32,000 bases of DNA, from NCBI GenBank assembly GCA_023136205.1, contig JAGLRQ010000063.1, forward strand, positions 6,204 to 38,203. The letters are read 5' to 3'. Of this stretch, positions 31,564 through 32,000 are shown one piece after another. Position 1 is the first letter of the stretch. Each line of letters begins with the position of its first letter. This DNA is from Candidatus Auribacterota bacterium. Lineage in GTDB: Bacteria > Auribacterota > UBA6266. The notes beneath the pieces were generated by a model, which saw only the letters and a list, made by a program, of their open reading frames with translations, was not told the DNA's origin and did no database searches. The translations under genes and the position numbers were made by a program.

Positions 31564-32000
31564 GTGAACCATTTAGATAAACTGGAAAATAAGAGCATCC
31601 ATATTCTGCGCGAAGCCTACAGCGAATTCAAAAACCTCTGTATGCTATGGTCAATCGGAAAAGATAGTACGGTTTTGCTGTGGCTGACGCGGAAAGCGTT
31701 TTTCGGACATGTTCCCATACCTCTGGTTCACATTGACACAAAATACAAAATACCGGAGATGATCGAATACAGGGACAGGCTCGCTTTAGAGTGGAAACTG
31801 GACATGATTTATGGGCAGAATGTCAAGGCTCTGGATGGCAAAACCACTTTCCCTGACGGTAAAGCGACAAGATTAGAATGCTGCAGATTATTGAAAACAG
31901 AGGCGTTAAAAAACACACTGGACGGAAGCTGGCCGCGCTACAGGATGAATCACGCGTTAAAAAAATATGAGATAGACAAGAGCACTGAGCCGTACACCGG
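31564..32000 (+). CDS. cysD: Sulfate adenylyltransferase subunit 2 (CysD), 3' end beyond window
   Basis: My own translation of frame 1 from GTG 31564: LDKLENKSIHILREAYSEFKNLCMLWSIGKDSTVLLWLTRKAFFGHVPIPLVHIDTKYKIPEMIEYRDRLA. It is collinear with E. coli CysD (LEAESIHIIREV...[20 protein letters not shown]...[20 protein letters not shown]). Absent from the ORF track because it has no stop in the window. Confidence 0.85.
   Translation, partial: MNHLDKLENKSIHILREAYSEFKNLCMLWSIGKDSTVLLWLTRKAFFGHVPIPLVHIDTKYKIPEMIEYRDRLALEWKLDMIYGQNVKALDGKTTFPDGKATRLECCRLLKTEALKNTLDGSWPRYRMNHALKKYEIDKSTEPYT

Overview
AT-rich bacterial chromosomal segment, probably from an uncultivated lineage. I saw no rRNA, tRNA or CRISPR. 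It has three parts. (1) 1-5.2 kb is an island of toxin-antitoxin/abortive-infection modules: an AbiEii-like NTase with a PLD(HKD)-wHTH fusion, AbiEii with AbiEi, and MNT with HepT. GC-rich arrays of degenerate short tandem repeats separate them. (2) 5.2-23.1 kb is one long plus-strand exopolysaccharide operon with a convergent secreted clan GH-A hydrolase. The operon encodes a PiT transporter, gmd, fcl, a Wzx flippase, two sulfotransferases, a Wzy-like polymerase, GT2, GT4, a NeuB-like synthase, a NeuA-HAD fusion, an orphan GT-B candidate, an SDR and GT26. With cysD at the right edge, this predicts a sulfated polysaccharide containing fucose and a nonulosonic acid. (3) 23.2-30.5 kb is an exosortase/EpsI locus with six PEP-CTERM substrate genes, followed by a TylF-like methyltransferase and the start of cysD. 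The most unusual signal is structural. At least four gene cassettes sit between long direct repeats, and each cassette has its own private repeat family: a four-helix-bundle gene splitting gmd-fcl, a GxxExxY gene splitting exosortase-EpsI, a PEP-CTERM gene bounded by a duplicated exosortase 3' end, and a PEP-CTERM plus AbrB/RelE block bounded by hairpin repeats. In two of them the cargo stop codon lies inside the downstream repeat. No integrase or transposase is present in the window. The second main candidate is the AbiEii-like NTase translationally coupled to a PLD nuclease/wHTH fusion. All alignments were done by eye and all family assignments are motif-based; none was checked against a database.
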